Notes: generated by a model from the letters alone, not told the origin. A stretch of 64,000 nucleotides of DNA from an uncultured Thermoleophilia bacterium (GCA_963702475.1 CAVPCT010000002.1:1-64000), one strand, 5' to 3'. Shown: positions 21,048 to 31,435, numbered from the stretch's first letter. Numbers and translations: made by a program.

Positions 21048-21127
21048 TGCTGCCTCTCCTCATGTACGGGGTGGTCGGGCCGGGTCTCGCCGGCGCCGGT
21101 CTGCGCCGGGAGCCGCCCGGCCGGTCT

Positions 21128-21922
21128 TCACACGACGATGAGCTGCAGGCCAAGGAGCTCGATCTCCTCGCGCACGTCGCTGCTCACGCCGTCGTCCAGG
21201 ATCACCACGTGCGCCGTGTCGAGCGGGCAGATGACCACGTCGCCCACGGCGCCGACCTTGCTGTTGTCCGCCAGCACGACGATCTCTCCGCGCGTCTGGC
21301 GGATCATGGCCCGCTCCACGCCGGCCAGGCTCATGCTCGGCGTGGTCACGCCCTCGTCGAGGGAGAGGCCGTCGGCGCCGAGGATGAAGCGCGAGGCGTG
21401 GAACCCCTCCACCATCTGCACCGTGAGGGAGCCGGCGACGATGTTGGAGCGCGGCTTGTAGGAGCCGCCGAGCAGCACGATGTCGAGGCTGGTGTGCTGC
21501 GCAGCAGACACCGCGCCGACGTTGTGGGTCACCACCCGGGCGCGGAGCTCCGGGTCCACGTTGCTGAGCACCTGCACCGCTGTGGTGCCGGAGCTCAGGA
21601 ACACCGTCTCACCGGGCTGGATCATAGCCGCCGCGGCCTTCGCGATGCGCCGTTTCTCCTCCGGCTGCTCGCGCTCCTGGGCGACGTAGAACGGCTCCTC
21701 CACCATGCGTCGCTTGAGGATGGCGCCGCCGTGCATGCGCGAGAGCATGCCCTCCTGCTCGAGACGCTCCAGGTCGCGGCGGATCGTCATCTCGGAGACG
21801 CCGAGCTCCTCGCTGAGCATCGAGACGCGCACGGAGCGCCGCTGCTCAAGCGACTCGACGATGCGGGCGCGGCGCTCGGCGGGGATCATCTCGTGTGCTT
21901 CGGGCGCTCCGTCAGACGGCAT
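21128..21922 (-). CDS. DeoR/GlpR-family transcriptional regulator (1 of 3)
   Basis: 'ERRARI', HTH 'LGVSEMTIRRDL', 'HGGA', 'EKRRIA', 'LADNSKVG'. Confidence 0.92.
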   Translation of the reverse strand: MPSDGAPEAHEMIPAERRARIVESLEQRRSVRVSMLSEELGVSEMTIRRDLERLEQEGMLSRMHGGAILKRRMVEEPFYVAQEREQPEEKRRIAKAAAAMIQPGETVFLSSGTTAVQVLSNVDPELRARVVTHNVGAVSAAQHTSLDIVLLGGSYKPRSNIVAGSLTVQMVEGFHASRFILGADGLSLDEGVTTPSMSLAGVERAMIRQTRGEIVVLADNSKVGAVGDVVICPLDTAHVVILDDGVSSDVREEIELLGLQLIVV

Positions 21923-21980
21923 CGCAAAGCCTCCCGCACCGGTCGCTCATGATTCGACAAGACCGAACAAGTCCGCACAC

Positions 21981-22009
21981 ATCATTGACGTGTGGCGGTG
22001 ATGTGTCAA
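21981..22009 (-). promoter_or_regulatory. sigma70-type promoter of DeoR-1
   Basis: Minus strand TTGACA-N17-AATGAT, followed by 10-bp-periodic TGTGCG/TGTTCG/TGTCGA repeats. Confidence 0.6.
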
Positions 22010-22052
22010 GCAACGACGGGCTGCTGCGGGGTGGGCCGCCGACCCCGTACGT

Positions 22053-22084
22053 GGAGGCGCCGGGCCTCGCGGCCCGGCGCCTCC
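22053..22084 (-). terminator. Hairpin after the APC gene
   Basis: 14-bp stem GGAGGCGCCGGGCC / GGCCCGGCGCCTCC. Confidence 0.6.
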
Positions 22085-22110
22085 GGAACCTCCTCAGCTG
22101 TGCGGCCGGC

Positions 22111-23742
22111 TCACTCCGGCGGCACCTCGAGGAAGGCGTAGCCGACGTCGATGCCCTTGCTCTTGTTGTAGGCGGCGCCGATGAAGTACCAGACGACGCA
22201 GATGACGAAGATGCCGCCGACGACGATGTACGGCGTCGTGCCCTTGAGGCCGTAGCCGGCCTGGGTGAGGAACGCGATCAAGGCGGCACACCCGAAGACG
22301 AAGCCGATGATGCCGAACACGGTCACCAGCGGGAACCCGCCGATGGTGTACTTCGCCCCCGGGGAGGCCTCATACAAGGCCTTGGCCCGGAACGGCAGCA
22401 GCGCCGCCGCGAGGCAGCTGATCGTGAAGACGTAGCCGCACGCGAGAGTCACGCCCAAGGTCAAGGTGACCCACTGTCCCCAGTAGCTGTAGCCGATGAT
22501 CACGGGGATGCTGAAGGCGAAGTAGACCCAGTGGGCGACCGCGGGCGAGCGGAAGCGCGGGCTGATCTTGGAGACGACCGACGGCAACGTGCGGTCGAGC
22601 GACATGCCGACCATGATGCGCGTCATGCCGATGTAGCAGTTGCAGGTGATCTGCAGTGACGCGAGGATGAAGCTGACCGCCACGAGGATCGTGATGATCG
22701 GATTGGGCCAGATCACGATCGCGAGCACGCCGGGGAAGGGGCGCACGCTTCCGGCGCCTTCCCCGGAGGCGCTCACCAGGTAGTAGTACGAGTGCGACAC
22801 GGCGTTGAAGAAGGCCGTGCCCACCGCCCTCTCCTGGCTCCAGGCGATGAGGGCGAGCACGAGACCCACGGCGACCATCGAGCCGACGATGATGAAGGCC
22901 TGGTTCTTGAACACGCGGGCGCCCTTGATCTCGCCGCCCTGCTGCACGCTGTAGGTGGCCCACTGAAGGCTCGTCCAGACGATCGGCGCGGCCAGCAGTG
23001 TGGCGCCGAGCGCGAACTTGGGCAGCAGGTTGATGCCGGCGTCGGCGACGTCCTTCTGGACCCAGTTGTAGTAGTCGGTGCGGCCGTCGACCACGTTGGA
23101 GAAGTGGTTCATGGCCGTCGCGAACTCCGCCGGCGTGGTGCGCAGGAACTGCACGATCAGGATGACGACGAGGATGCCGGTGGCCGCGAACATGAAGTAC
23201 TGCAGGCGCACGTAGTTCTTGAAGCCGGTCACCAGCAGGAGGGCGATCGCCGCGGCACCGACGATGCTGGTCACGACGACGCCCTGCGCCGACTGCACCC
23301 AGATGGCGGCGTCGATGAGGCCGGTGTTCTCGTAGTACACGCCGAGGCCCATGAAGAGCGGCGCCAGGCCGAGGCAGGCGAGAAGCCAGCCGGCGAGCGC
23401 GACCCACTGCAGGATCCAGATCACGAAGCCGCTCATCACGATCGGGAAGCCGATGGCGCCGCCGAGCACGCGGCTCTGGAACACGTAGTCGCCGCCGCTG
23501 CGTGGCATGGCGGTCGCCATCCATATGTAGGCGAGGGCGATGGGGAGCTCGAGCAGGATCGCGAAGAGGCACGCCATCCACACGGAGACGCCGGGGAACG
23601 CCGCCGGCGCCCAGATGAACGTCCACGGGAAGATGACGCCCATGGTGAGGAAGTTGTACATGAACGCCGACCAGGGCGACATCACCCTGGACAGCCCCGA
23701 TGCCTTCCTGCTGAAGACCTCAGGTCTTGCCGCTGTTGCCAT
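22111..23742 (-). CDS. APC-family permease
   Basis: 'FSRKASGLSR', 'AMPRSGGDYVFQSR', multiple TM segments, C-terminal 'EVPPE'. Confidence 0.87.
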   Translation of the reverse strand: MATAARPEVFSRKASGLSRVMSPWSAFMYNFLTMGVIFPWTFIWAPAAFPGVSVWMACLFAILLELPIALAYIWMATAMPRSGGDYVFQSRVLGGAIGFPIVMSGFVIWILQWVALAGWLLACLGLAPLFMGLGVYYENTGLIDAAIWVQSAQGVVVTSIVGAAAIALLLVTGFKNYVRLQYFMFAATGILVVILIVQFLRTTPAEFATAMNHFSNVVDGRTDYYNWVQKDVADAGINLLPKFALGATLLAAPIVWTSLQWATYSVQQGGEIKGARVFKNQAFIIVGSMVAVGLVLALIAWSQERAVGTAFFNAVSHSYYYLVSASGEGAGSVRPFPGVLAIVIWPNPIITILVAVSFILASLQITCNCYIGMTRIMVGMSLDRTLPSVVSKISPRFRSPAVAHWVYFAFSIPVIIGYSYWGQWVTLTLGVTLACGYVFTISCLAAALLPFRAKALYEASPGAKYTIGGFPLVTVFGIIGFVFGCAALIAFLTQAGYGLKGTTPYIVVGGIFVICVVWYFIGAAYNKSKGIDVGYAFLEVPPE

Positions 23743-23802
23743 CTTGACCCCCCTGTTCTCAGGTGGAAGGGACTTGCTTGTCGGAGGCGCCCATACCCCT
23801 GG

Positions 23803-24807
23803 TCACCCCGACGTCATCTGGTAGCCGATCACCTTGCCCGGCTCCAGGGTGAAGATGCATCCCCTCAGGATGCCCTCGCCGTACTCGCTGCCGGGGTTGA
23901 TCACGGTGGTGCGGCCCAGCTTGACGAGGCCGCGCGACTCGTGGATGTGCCCCGTGAGCTGCAGGAGCGGCTGGTACTTCTCGACGACCTTGCGCACGGC
24001 GGTGCTGCCGGCCGGCGCCGACTGCGGCACGCCGGCGATCACGACGGGCGACGGCGGGTCGGTGGACCAATCGAGCTTGGGGCAATCGTCGAGGGTGCAG
24101 TCGTAGGGCGGGACGTGGAAGTTGAAGATCGCGCTCTCAAAGTCCTCGATGCCCTCGACCGCCTTCTCCAGATGTTGTTCGAGCACCTCCTCCTCGACCT
24201 CCCGCGGGGTGTCCCACGGGGTCCGGTTGCTGTACCCGCAGTTGGCCATGGGGTACTTGTCGTCGACGTAGATGACCTTCTCCTCGCAGTTCACGACGTG
24301 CTCGCTCGCGATGTCGTCGAGCACGGTGAGGACCTCGGGCGGGTCGTCGTTGCCGCCCGTGACGTACCACTTCACGGGCGTGCCGGACAGGCGCTCGTCG
24401 GCCATGGTGATCCAGCGCTCCAGCCGCTCGCGCCCCAACTGGCGGAAGCGGGCGTCGATGGCGCCCTCGTCCTCCTGCATGGCGTGGAGCTCGTCCTCCT
24501 CGAGGATCACGAAGTAGAAGCCGAGCGTCTCGATGCGCTCCTTGACGGCCGCGAGGGCGTCGCCGCCGTCGATGGCCTCGGTCGTGCCCTGCAGGGTCAC
24601 TCGATAGTGGTCGTTGTGCTCGTGGACGATGGGCACGAGGAACTTCCCCGTGATGTCGCCGCCCATGATGATGTGGTCGACCTTGTAGAACGCCGCCCCG
24701 TTGATGAACTTGCGGAACGTGCGCTCCGAGCCGTGGACGTCGGTGGCGTAGAACAGGCGGGTGCGCTTCTTGTCGCCTCCGCCATCCTTCTTCTTGAACA
24801 ATCCCAT
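23803..24807 (-). CDS. Calcineurin-like metallophosphoesterase (Icc-related)
   Basis: 'ATDVHGS', 'GGDITGK', 'GGNDD', 'HVPP', 'GHIHE', 'NPGSEY'. Confidence 0.87.
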   Translation of the reverse strand: MGLFKKKDGGGDKKRTRLFYATDVHGSERTFRKFINGAAFYKVDHIIMGGDITGKFLVPIVHEHNDHYRVTLQGTTEAIDGGDALAAVKERIETLGFYFVILEEDELHAMQEDEGAIDARFRQLGRERLERWITMADERLSGTPVKWYVTGGNDDPPEVLTVLDDIASEHVVNCEEKVIYVDDKYPMANCGYSNRTPWDTPREVEEEVLEQHLEKAVEGIEDFESAIFNFHVPPYDCTLDDCPKLDWSTDPPSPVVIAGVPQSAPAGSTAVRKVVEKYQPLLQLTGHIHESRGLVKLGRTTVINPGSEYGEGILRGCIFTLEPGKVIGYQMTSG

Positions 24808-24821
24808 GCTGCGGTCTCCTG

Positions 24822-25625
24822 TCAGTCGATCTCGCGGTACCACTTCACCTTGTCGCCCACCCTGGCACGAAGCTTCCACTTGGTGCCCTTGGGGAAGTCG
24901 TCGATGGCGGTGCGCAGCTCCGCGATGCGCCGCACGACGACCTCCTTGTCCTCCTCGGGAAGGTCCAGGTGAGGCAGGTAGTCGCGCGTCTTGTCCATGT
25001 TCATGGTCGTCGTGCGGTACAGGCCCCACTCGCCCGCGCACAGTCTGGCCACGTGGCTGGAGTTGATGCAGTCCTCGTCGCTGGCCGCGATCTCGTGCTC
25101 GCGCAGCAGCATGATGGTGTCGATGATGTCCTTCTCGTTGATCCTCACGATCTGCATCTTCTCGAGGAACAGTTCCGCGAGCGGGATGGTGACGTCGTCG
25201 ACCTCGAGGCGGTTCTTCCACGGGATGGGATGGCAGAAGTCGAGCCGGTCCATGAACACGTCGATGTGCAGGTGGGTCTCAGGATGGTTGAAGATGAGCC
25301 TGCCGCCCTCCGCGTGGAAGGCATTGATCTCCAGGTCCTCGTCGTAGCCGAGCGAGACGAAGAGCTCGCGGATCTGCTTGCTCTGCTTGCCGTAGCCGGC
25401 GAAGTCGATGTCGGTGTACACGCGGTTCAGCTGCGCCTGGATGTAGCCGAACTGCGGGCAGTGGTGATGGAAGGCGAGAGCGCCGATCACGCGAAGGGTG
25501 ACGCCCGCGGCGCCGCCGGCCTCGACGATCCTGACGGCCTCGTCCTCGAACCGCCTGGCCATGTCGGGGTCCACGGTGCCCATGCCGACTTCTTCATCGA
25601 TGGGCTGGAGCTCTTCGTCGGTCAT
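24822..25625 (-). CDS. Nucleotidyltransferase-fold (Pol-beta superfamily) protein of unknown function
   Basis: 'RVIGALAF' followed by 'YTDIDF' (DxD), 'IDVF', 'LEKMQI', 'KDIID'. Confidence 0.65.
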   Translation of the reverse strand: MTDEELQPIDEEVGMGTVDPDMARRFEDEAVRIVEAGGAAGVTLRVIGALAFHHHCPQFGYIQAQLNRVYTDIDFAGYGKQSKQIRELFVSLGYDEDLEINAFHAEGGRLIFNHPETHLHIDVFMDRLDFCHPIPWKNRLEVDDVTIPLAELFLEKMQIVRINEKDIIDTIMLLREHEIAASDEDCINSSHVARLCAGEWGLYRTTTMNMDKTRDYLPHLDLPEEDKEVVVRRIAELRTAIDDFPKGTKWKLRARVGDKVKWYREID

Positions 25626-25674
25626 GTGCCGCTCCTCAGTCGTCGGTTGAGTGTCATGGTGTGCGGCCCCGAGC

Positions 25675-26469
25675 TCACGCGATCTCGCAGCGGGGTCCGG
25701 CCCGCTGGATCCTGACCTGCATGTCGGGGGAGAGCCCGTCGTCCGCGAGCACGACGTCGATCTGGTCGAGCGGGCAGACGACGACCTGGTGCACGAGGCC
25801 GATCTTGTTGCTGTCCGCGAGCACGACGACCTCGCCGCGCGTGCGGCGGATCATGGCGAGCTCGATGCCGGCCACGGCCATGCTGGGGGTCGTGAGACCT
25901 GCGGTGGCGTCGAGGCCGTCGGCGCCCAGAAACGCCTTGTCGGCGTGAAAGCTGCCGATCATGTCGACGGTCCAGGTGCCCTCGACCGCCTGGATGCCGG
26001 GCCGGTACAGGCCGCCGAGGAAGATGATCTCGAGACTCGGGTCCCTGGCCTCCGCGGCGGCTGCCAGGCTGTGGGTGACGATGCGCGCCTCCAGGGCCGG
26101 GTCCACGTAGCGGACCACGGCTGCGACGGTGGAGCCCGAGCCCAGGAACACCGTGTCCCTGGGCTCGATCATGGCCGCCGCGGCTCGGGCGATGCGGACC
26201 TTCTCCTCGGTGAGCGCTTCGGCCGCGGCGGTCGCCTCGAACTGCGGCTCGGCGGAGGGCCGACGCTTCAGCACCGCGCCACCGTGGGTGCGCCGCAGCA
26301 CGCCCTCGCGGTCGAGCAGCTTGAGGTCGCGGCGGATGGTGATCTCGGAGACGCCGAGCACGTCGCTGAGTGTGGAGACCTTGACGACGCGCTGCTGTTC
26401 GAGCGCCTCGACGATGCGTGCGCGGCGCTCGGCAGGCAACATCTCGGGCGCGTCAGGCACGGTCACCAA
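25675..26469 (-). CDS. DeoR/GlpR-family transcriptional regulator (2 of 3)
   Basis: 'ERRARI', 'LGVSEITIRRDL', 'THGGA', 'LADSNKIG'. Confidence 0.92.
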   Translation of the reverse strand: MVTVPDAPEMLPAERRARIVEALEQQRVVKVSTLSDVLGVSEITIRRDLKLLDREGVLRRTHGGAVLKRRPSAEPQFEATAAAEALTEEKVRIARAAAAMIEPRDTVFLGSGSTVAAVVRYVDPALEARIVTHSLAAAAEARDPSLEIIFLGGLYRPGIQAVEGTWTVDMIGSFHADKAFLGADGLDATAGLTTPSMAVAGIELAMIRRTRGEVVVLADSNKIGLVHQVVVCPLDQIDVVLADDGLSPDMQVRIQRAGPRCEIA

Positions 26470-26539
26470 GCGATCCTCGCAGTCAGTCCCCTGGCGGTCG
26501 AACGGTCATCATCGTGCAGAACCGTTCATGAATGGTCAC

Positions 26540-26567
26540 ATCTTATGACCGGTTCGCGAGGTGTCAA
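26540..26567 (-). promoter_or_regulatory. sigma70-type promoter of DeoR-2
   Basis: Minus strand TTGACA-N16-TAAGAT. Confidence 0.6.
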
Positions 26568-26751
26568 GGACCGGGACCGGCCGCATGGGCGAGGCCGGAC
26601 AGGGGGCCGTGGTGCGGCCGGGATGGAGGGGCAGCGTCGCCCCGGATGCGGACAGGCCGGGGAGCCGCGAAGCGGCTCCCCGGCCTCTGCCGGGCGGTCA
26701 GGATGCGGGCAGCGCCCGCCGCACGTCAGCGCAACGTGCGGGCGCGGGGCG

Positions 26752-28758
26752 TCAGGCCAGCGCCTTGGCGCGCGCGTACACGTTGTCCGCGGTGAAGCCC
26801 CACTCCTTGAAGATGGTGCCGGCCGGGGCCGACGTGCCGAAGTGGTCGATGCCCAGCACCTGACCGCCGTCGCCGACCCAGCGGTCCCAGCCGAAGGTCA
26901 CACCGGCCTCGACGGCCAGGCGGGCGCTGCAGGCCGGCGGCAGCACGCTCTCGCGGTAGTCGGCGTTCTGCTGCTCGAAGAGGCGCATGGACGCCATGTT
27001 GACGACGCGCGACTTGACGCCGTCGGCCATGAGGCGCTCGTGGGCCTCGAGGGCCAGAGCCACCTCGCTGCCGCTGGCGATGATGATCACGTCGGGCACG
27101 TGGCCGGGGACGGCATCGGCCAGCACGTAGGCGCCCTTGGCGATGCCGTCGGCCGCCGCGTACTTCTCGCGGTCGATGGTCGGCAGGTTCTGCCGCGTGA
27201 GCATGAGGCCCACCGGTGCGTCGGTGGTCTGCATGGCGATCCTCCAGGCCTCCACCGTCTCGTTGGCGTCGGCCGGGCGGATGTCGAGGAAGCCCGGCGT
27301 GGCGCGCAGCATCGCGAGGTGCTCGATCGGCTGGTGCGTGGGGCCGTCCTCGCCGACGCCGACACTGTCGTGCGTGAGCACGTAGATCACCGGCTGCTTC
27401 ATGAGGGCCGAGAGGCGCATGGCCGGCCGCATGTAGTCGACGAACACGAAGAACGTGGCCACGTACGGCCGGATGCCGCCGTGCGTGGAGAGGCCGTTGG
27501 CCATCGCCGCCATGCCGAGCTCGCGCACGCCCCAGCGCACGTTGCGCCCGGCCGGCGTCGCCGCCTGCTGGTCGTCGGAGCCGGCGATCAGGGTGTTGTT
27601 GGAGGGCGCCAGGTCGGCAGAGCCGCCCATGAGGTTCGGGACGTGCGGCGCCAGGGCGTTGATGACCTTGCCCGAGGCGGCGCGGGTCGCGATCTTGTCG
27701 TCGGTGGTGAAGACGGGCAGATCGGTGTCCCAACCGGCGGGCAGCGACCCGGACCAGGCGTCGTCCCACGACTGCGCGCGGGCGGCGTCGGCCGCGCGCC
27801 ACGCCTCGTACTTCTTCGTCCACTCGGCGTGCGCCTCAGCGGCCTTGGCGGCCGCGGCGAGGAACGCCTCGCGCACATCGTCCGGCACAGTGAACTCCGG
27901 CTCGAGCGGCCAGGCGCAGGCCTCCTTGGTCAACTTGACCTCGTCGGCACCGAGCGGAGCGCCGTGCGCCGCCGCCTTGTCCTGCTTGTTGGGCGAGCCG
28001 CAGCCGATGTGGGTGCGCACGGCGATGAACGACGGCTTGCCCGTCTCGGCCTTGGCCGCGGCCAGGGCCGCGTCGATGGCCTCGACGTCGTTGCCGTCGG
28101 CCACGCGCTGCACGTGCCACCCGTAGGCGGCGAAGCGGGCGACCACGTCCTCGGTGAAGGCGAGGTCGGTCGAGCCGTCGATGGTGATGTGGTTGTCGTC
28201 GTAGATGAGGATCAGCTTGCCGAGCTTCTGGTGACCGGCGAAGGAGGCGGCCTCGCTGCTGATGCCCTCCATCATGCAGCCGTCACCGGCGAGCACGTAG
28301 GTGAAGTGGTCCACCACTTCGTCGCCGAAACCGGCGGCGAGGAAGCGCTCGGCCACGGCCATGCCCACGCCGTTGGCGACGCCCTGGCCGAGTGGGCCGG
28401 TGGTGGTCTCCACGCCGGGCGTGTGCCCGAACTCGGGGTGACCCGGCGTGCGGCTGCCCCACTGCCGGAAGGCCTTGAGGTCGTCCATGGTGACGTCGTA
28501 GCCGGTCAGGTGCAGCATGGAGTAGAGCAGCATGCTGGCGTGCCCGGCGGAGAGCACGAAGCGGTCGCGGTCCGGCCATGCCGGGTCGGCCGGGTCGTAG
28601 CGCAGGTGGCGCGTGAAGAGCGTGTAGGCGACGGCGGCCGCGCCCATGGGCATGCCGGGGTGGCCGGAGTTGGCCTTCTGGACGCCGTCGACGGCGAGGA
28701 AGCGGATCGTCTCGATGCAGCGCTGCTGCAGCTCCGCCTCGCTTGCGACTGTGCTCAT
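26752..28758 (-). CDS. tkt: Transketolase (canonical)
   Basis: 'SGHPGMPMG', '[12 protein letters not shown]', 'TPGHPE', 'GDGCMMEG', 'GSADLAPSN', 'GEDGPTHQP'. Confidence 0.95.
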   Translation of the reverse strand: MSTVASEAELQQRCIETIRFLAVDGVQKANSGHPGMPMGAAAVAYTLFTRHLRYDPADPAWPDRDRFVLSAGHASMLLYSMLHLTGYDVTMDDLKAFRQWGSRTPGHPEFGHTPGVETTTGPLGQGVANGVGMAVAERFLAAGFGDEVVDHFTYVLAGDGCMMEGISSEAASFAGHQKLGKLILIYDDNHITIDGSTDLAFTEDVVARFAAYGWHVQRVADGNDVEAIDAALAAAKAETGKPSFIAVRTHIGCGSPNKQDKAAAHGAPLGADEVKLTKEACAWPLEPEFTVPDDVREAFLAAAAKAAEAHAEWTKKYEAWRAADAARAQSWDDAWSGSLPAGWDTDLPVFTTDDKIATRAASGKVINALAPHVPNLMGGSADLAPSNNTLIAGSDDQQAATPAGRNVRWGVRELGMAAMANGLSTHGGIRPYVATFFVFVDYMRPAMRLSALMKQPVIYVLTHDSVGVGEDGPTHQPIEHLAMLRATPGFLDIRPADANETVEAWRIAMQTTDAPVGLMLTRQNLPTIDREKYAAADGIAKGAYVLADAVPGHVPDVIIIASGSEVALALEAHERLMADGVKSRVVNMASMRLFEQQNADYRESVLPPACSARLAVEAGVTFGWDRWVGDGGQVLGIDHFGTSAPAGTIFKEWGFTADNVYARAKALA

Positions 28759-28860
28759 CTGGGTCCTTTCGTCTGGGCTACAGGGCCGTCAGCCTCCGCC
28801 CTCCCGCCGGGGGCGGGAGAACGGAGGCTGAGGCCGGTCGTCATACAGCCTTGAGTCGGC

Positions 28861-29943
28861 TCAGAAGTACTCGCGGACGAACTCCACGAAGCGCTGGCTC
28901 TCCTCGGGCGTGCCCGGCGTGACGCGGAAATAGCCTTCCTTGCCGTTGATGGGCTTGATGGTCTTGATGAAGATCTTCCTGGAGTCGTAGGCGGCCTGCA
29001 CGATCTCGGCGCTGGTCTTGCCGCTCGCGGACGCGTCGATCAGCATGTAGTTGCCGTGCGGCGGGAACGGCTTGAGGCCCTTGGCCTCGAGCTCCTTGAC
29101 GAACGTGGCCATCCAGTCGTTGTTGTAGGTGACCTTCTCCTTGACCTCGCCCGTGTCCAGGATGGCCTCGGCCGCGGCGATCGCCATGAGGCTGAGGTTC
29201 CAGGGCAGGTACATGAGGTTGAAGGCGTCTACGACGGTCGGCGAGCCCACCACGTAGCCCATGCGGATGCCGGCGAGGCCGAAGGCCTTGGAGAAGGTGT
29301 GCGACAGGAACACGTGGTCGTACTGCTTCACGAAGTCGATCTTGGCCTCGACGTCCGGGTGGTAGTCCAGGTAGGCCTCGTCGATGCACATCGGGATCCC
29401 CAGCTGCGCGAACTTGTGCAGGTCGGCGTCGTCGATGAAGATGCCCGTCGGGTTGTTGGGGTTGATGATGAGGATCAGCTTCGTCTTGTCGGTGACGGCA
29501 TCGAGCATGGCCGGCACGTCGTACTGCAGGTCGGGCTCGCGCAGCGGGATCTGCACGGTCTTCGCGTTGCAGAGGCCGGCGCGCGACGGGAACATCTCGA
29601 ACGTGGGGTTGGAGCAGAGGAACTCGTCGCCCGGCTGCAGGAAGATGCGCATCATCGCGTCGATGGTCTCGGACGAGCCGTTGGCGAGGGCGATGTTCTC
29701 CGCCGCCACGCCGTGCAGCTTGCCGAGCTTCTCGCGCAGTCGGTAGGCGCGGTCCGGATAGCGATTGCCCTTCTCGGCCATGTCGGTGATGGACTTCACG
29801 ACGGCCTCCGACGGCGGCATGGGGTTCTCGTTGAGCATCATGCGGCCGTACTCCGGCTGCGCCCACGCCTTGTCGAGGATGGCCGTGTTGTACTCGGGGG
29901 CCGTCCACACGTACGGGTTGATCTTGTCCTTGATGTCCGTCAT
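28861..29943 (-). CDS. PLP-dependent aminotransferase, HisC/CobD family
   Basis: 'NENP', 'NGSSE', 'NPNNPTG', 'DEAY', 'TFSKAFGLAGIRMGY' (PLP lysine). Confidence 0.87.
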   Translation of the reverse strand: MTDIKDKINPYVWTAPEYNTAILDKAWAQPEYGRMMLNENPMPPSEAVVKSITDMAEKGNRYPDRAYRLREKLGKLHGVAAENIALANGSSETIDAMMRIFLQPGDEFLCSNPTFEMFPSRAGLCNAKTVQIPLREPDLQYDVPAMLDAVTDKTKLILIINPNNPTGIFIDDADLHKFAQLGIPMCIDEAYLDYHPDVEAKIDFVKQYDHVFLSHTFSKAFGLAGIRMGYVVGSPTVVDAFNLMYLPWNLSLMAIAAAEAILDTGEVKEKVTYNNDWMATFVKELEAKGLKPFPPHGNYMLIDASASGKTSAEIVQAAYDSRKIFIKTIKPINGKEGYFRVTPGTPEESQRFVEFVREYF

Positions 29944-29993
29944 GCCGGAGATCCTTTCGTCAGTCTCTGACCGTCAGCGGGAAGTCCCGAAGC

Positions 29994-31196
29994 TCAGCAC
30001 TTGTCCTTGAGGCAGCCGTCGGCGAACGCGACCATCTCGTTGGTGGCCTTGGAGAACGCCTCGTGCGTCTTCACGAGAGCCGGGTGCGTGTTGTACTCCT
30101 CGCGCGTGTAGCCGTCCTCGTCGTAGGCGCGGGCGAAGTACTCGATCTTCATGAGCTTCTCCATGACGTCGTCCGGCGGGTCGACGTCGATCTGGCCGGG
30201 CTTGAACTTGACCTCGCCGGCGCGCGGGAAGTTGATGACCTCGTCGATGAACGACGGCGGGCAGGTGACGACGATGTCGGCGCCGGCCTTCTCCTCGAGG
30301 TGCCACAGGTGCGTGACGCCGTCGATCGTCGGGCCGAGGCGCAGCGAGCAGGAGAGCATCTTGCTGGGGCACGCGCGCTCCTTGACGGTGCGGTAGGCCT
30401 TCTTGAAGATGGCCAGCTCGGCCATGCGCACGTCGCCCTCGGTGATCTCCACGCCCACCTCGGCGCCGGCCTCCTTGAGGCCGCCGAGGTCGCCGTAGCG
30501 AGCTTCCATGTGCGTGATGACCGAGCGCCACTTGCTCAGGTCCACGCCGTTGGCCTTGGCCTTCTCGAGGCCGCGCTGCACGCTCTTGGCGCAATCGAGC
30601 AGCTGCGAGAGGACGAACGTCAGCGTGTTGTTGGTGGCGATGCCGCGGGAGGTGAGCTCCTCGATGATGTCATAGCCCTGGGCCGTACCCGGCACCTTGA
30701 CCATGACGTTGGGGTTCACGGCGTGGATCTCGAGGGCCTGGGCCAGCATGGCCTCGCCGTCGAAGGCGCTGCGAGGGTCGACCTGGCCGCTGAGGAAGCC
30801 CTGCTTGTAGCCGGAGGCCTCGAAGAGCGGCAGGAACATGTCCGAACCGGACTTCACGACTTCCTTGTAGAGGAGCCAGAAGAGGCCCTCGGTGTCGACG
30901 CCGGGGTTGGCGGCCATGACCTTCTCGGCGACCTTCTGCCAACGGGCGGGGTCGTCCTTGAAGGCGGCCAGCGACAGCGGCGGGTTGGTGGTGACGCCGC
31001 GGAACAGCTGGTCCATGGGGTGGCCGACGTCGTACATGCGCGCGAACTGGCACTCCAGGTTGGCGCGGTCCTTCTCGTCGGCCTTACCGAGCATCTTCTT
31101 CACCCAGTTGCTGAAGATGACCGGCGAGGAATCCCACCAGATCTCCATGCCGGGGCTGACGGCGACGAGGTCTTCGAAGAGGTTGTGGTCCTTCAT
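29994..31196 (-). CDS. Transaldolase-family protein (divergent)
   Basis: 'WWDSS', 'GVTTNPPL', 'SGQVDP', Schiff-base motif 'VKVPGT', 'NNTLTF'. Confidence 0.83.
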   Translation of the reverse strand: MKDHNLFEDLVAVSPGMEIWWDSSPVIFSNWVKKMLGKADEKDRANLECQFARMYDVGHPMDQLFRGVTTNPPLSLAAFKDDPARWQKVAEKVMAANPGVDTEGLFWLLYKEVVKSGSDMFLPLFEASGYKQGFLSGQVDPRSAFDGEAMLAQALEIHAVNPNVMVKVPGTAQGYDIIEELTSRGIATNNTLTFVLSQLLDCAKSVQRGLEKAKANGVDLSKWRSVITHMEARYGDLGGLKEAGAEVGVEITEGDVRMAELAIFKKAYRTVKERACPSKMLSCSLRLGPTIDGVTHLWHLEEKAGADIVVTCPPSFIDEVINFPRAGEVKFKPGQIDVDPPDDVMEKLMKIEYFARAYDEDGYTREEYNTHPALVKTHEAFSKATNEMVAFADGCLKDKC

Positions 31197-31280
31197 GCTT
31201 CCCCCTAGACGGTGAGGTTCCTGATGACTGACGTCCCCGGGATCGGGGGGCGCCTGATGCTCGAGTGCGGCTGCACCGGG

Positions 31281-31383
31281 AAAAGCGCACAATCCGTCAC
31301 TGAAACGCACACTTTCACACCAGTGCGCATACTAGTTCAGGTTCGCACGGGTGTCTACCATGAATCGCACACGGTTCGAACAC
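31281..31383 (-). promoter_or_regulatory. Promoter and DeoR-type operator array upstream of the transaldolase-aminotransferase-tkt operon
   Basis: Minus strand TAGACA-N17-TAGTAT, flanked by repeated GTGTTCGAA, GTGTGCGATT, GTGCGAAC, TGTGCGTT and TGTGCGCT. Confidence 0.6.
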
Positions 31384-31435
31384 CGGTGGACCAAGCTGGG
31401 GTCCGGACGTGCCCGGCAGTGTGATGTGTGCAACG

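Noticed and set aside
25651-28854. Very long antisense ORFs (e.g. 1067 aa here; also 12644-14929, 22792-24972, 53617-56133)
   Set aside because: These are shadow ORFs typical of high-GC DNA, lying opposite genes with clear family motifs.
28861-29943. Calling this gene hisC or cobD
   Set aside because: Family motifs cannot separate the two activities, and there are no his or cob genes nearby, so it is left at family level.
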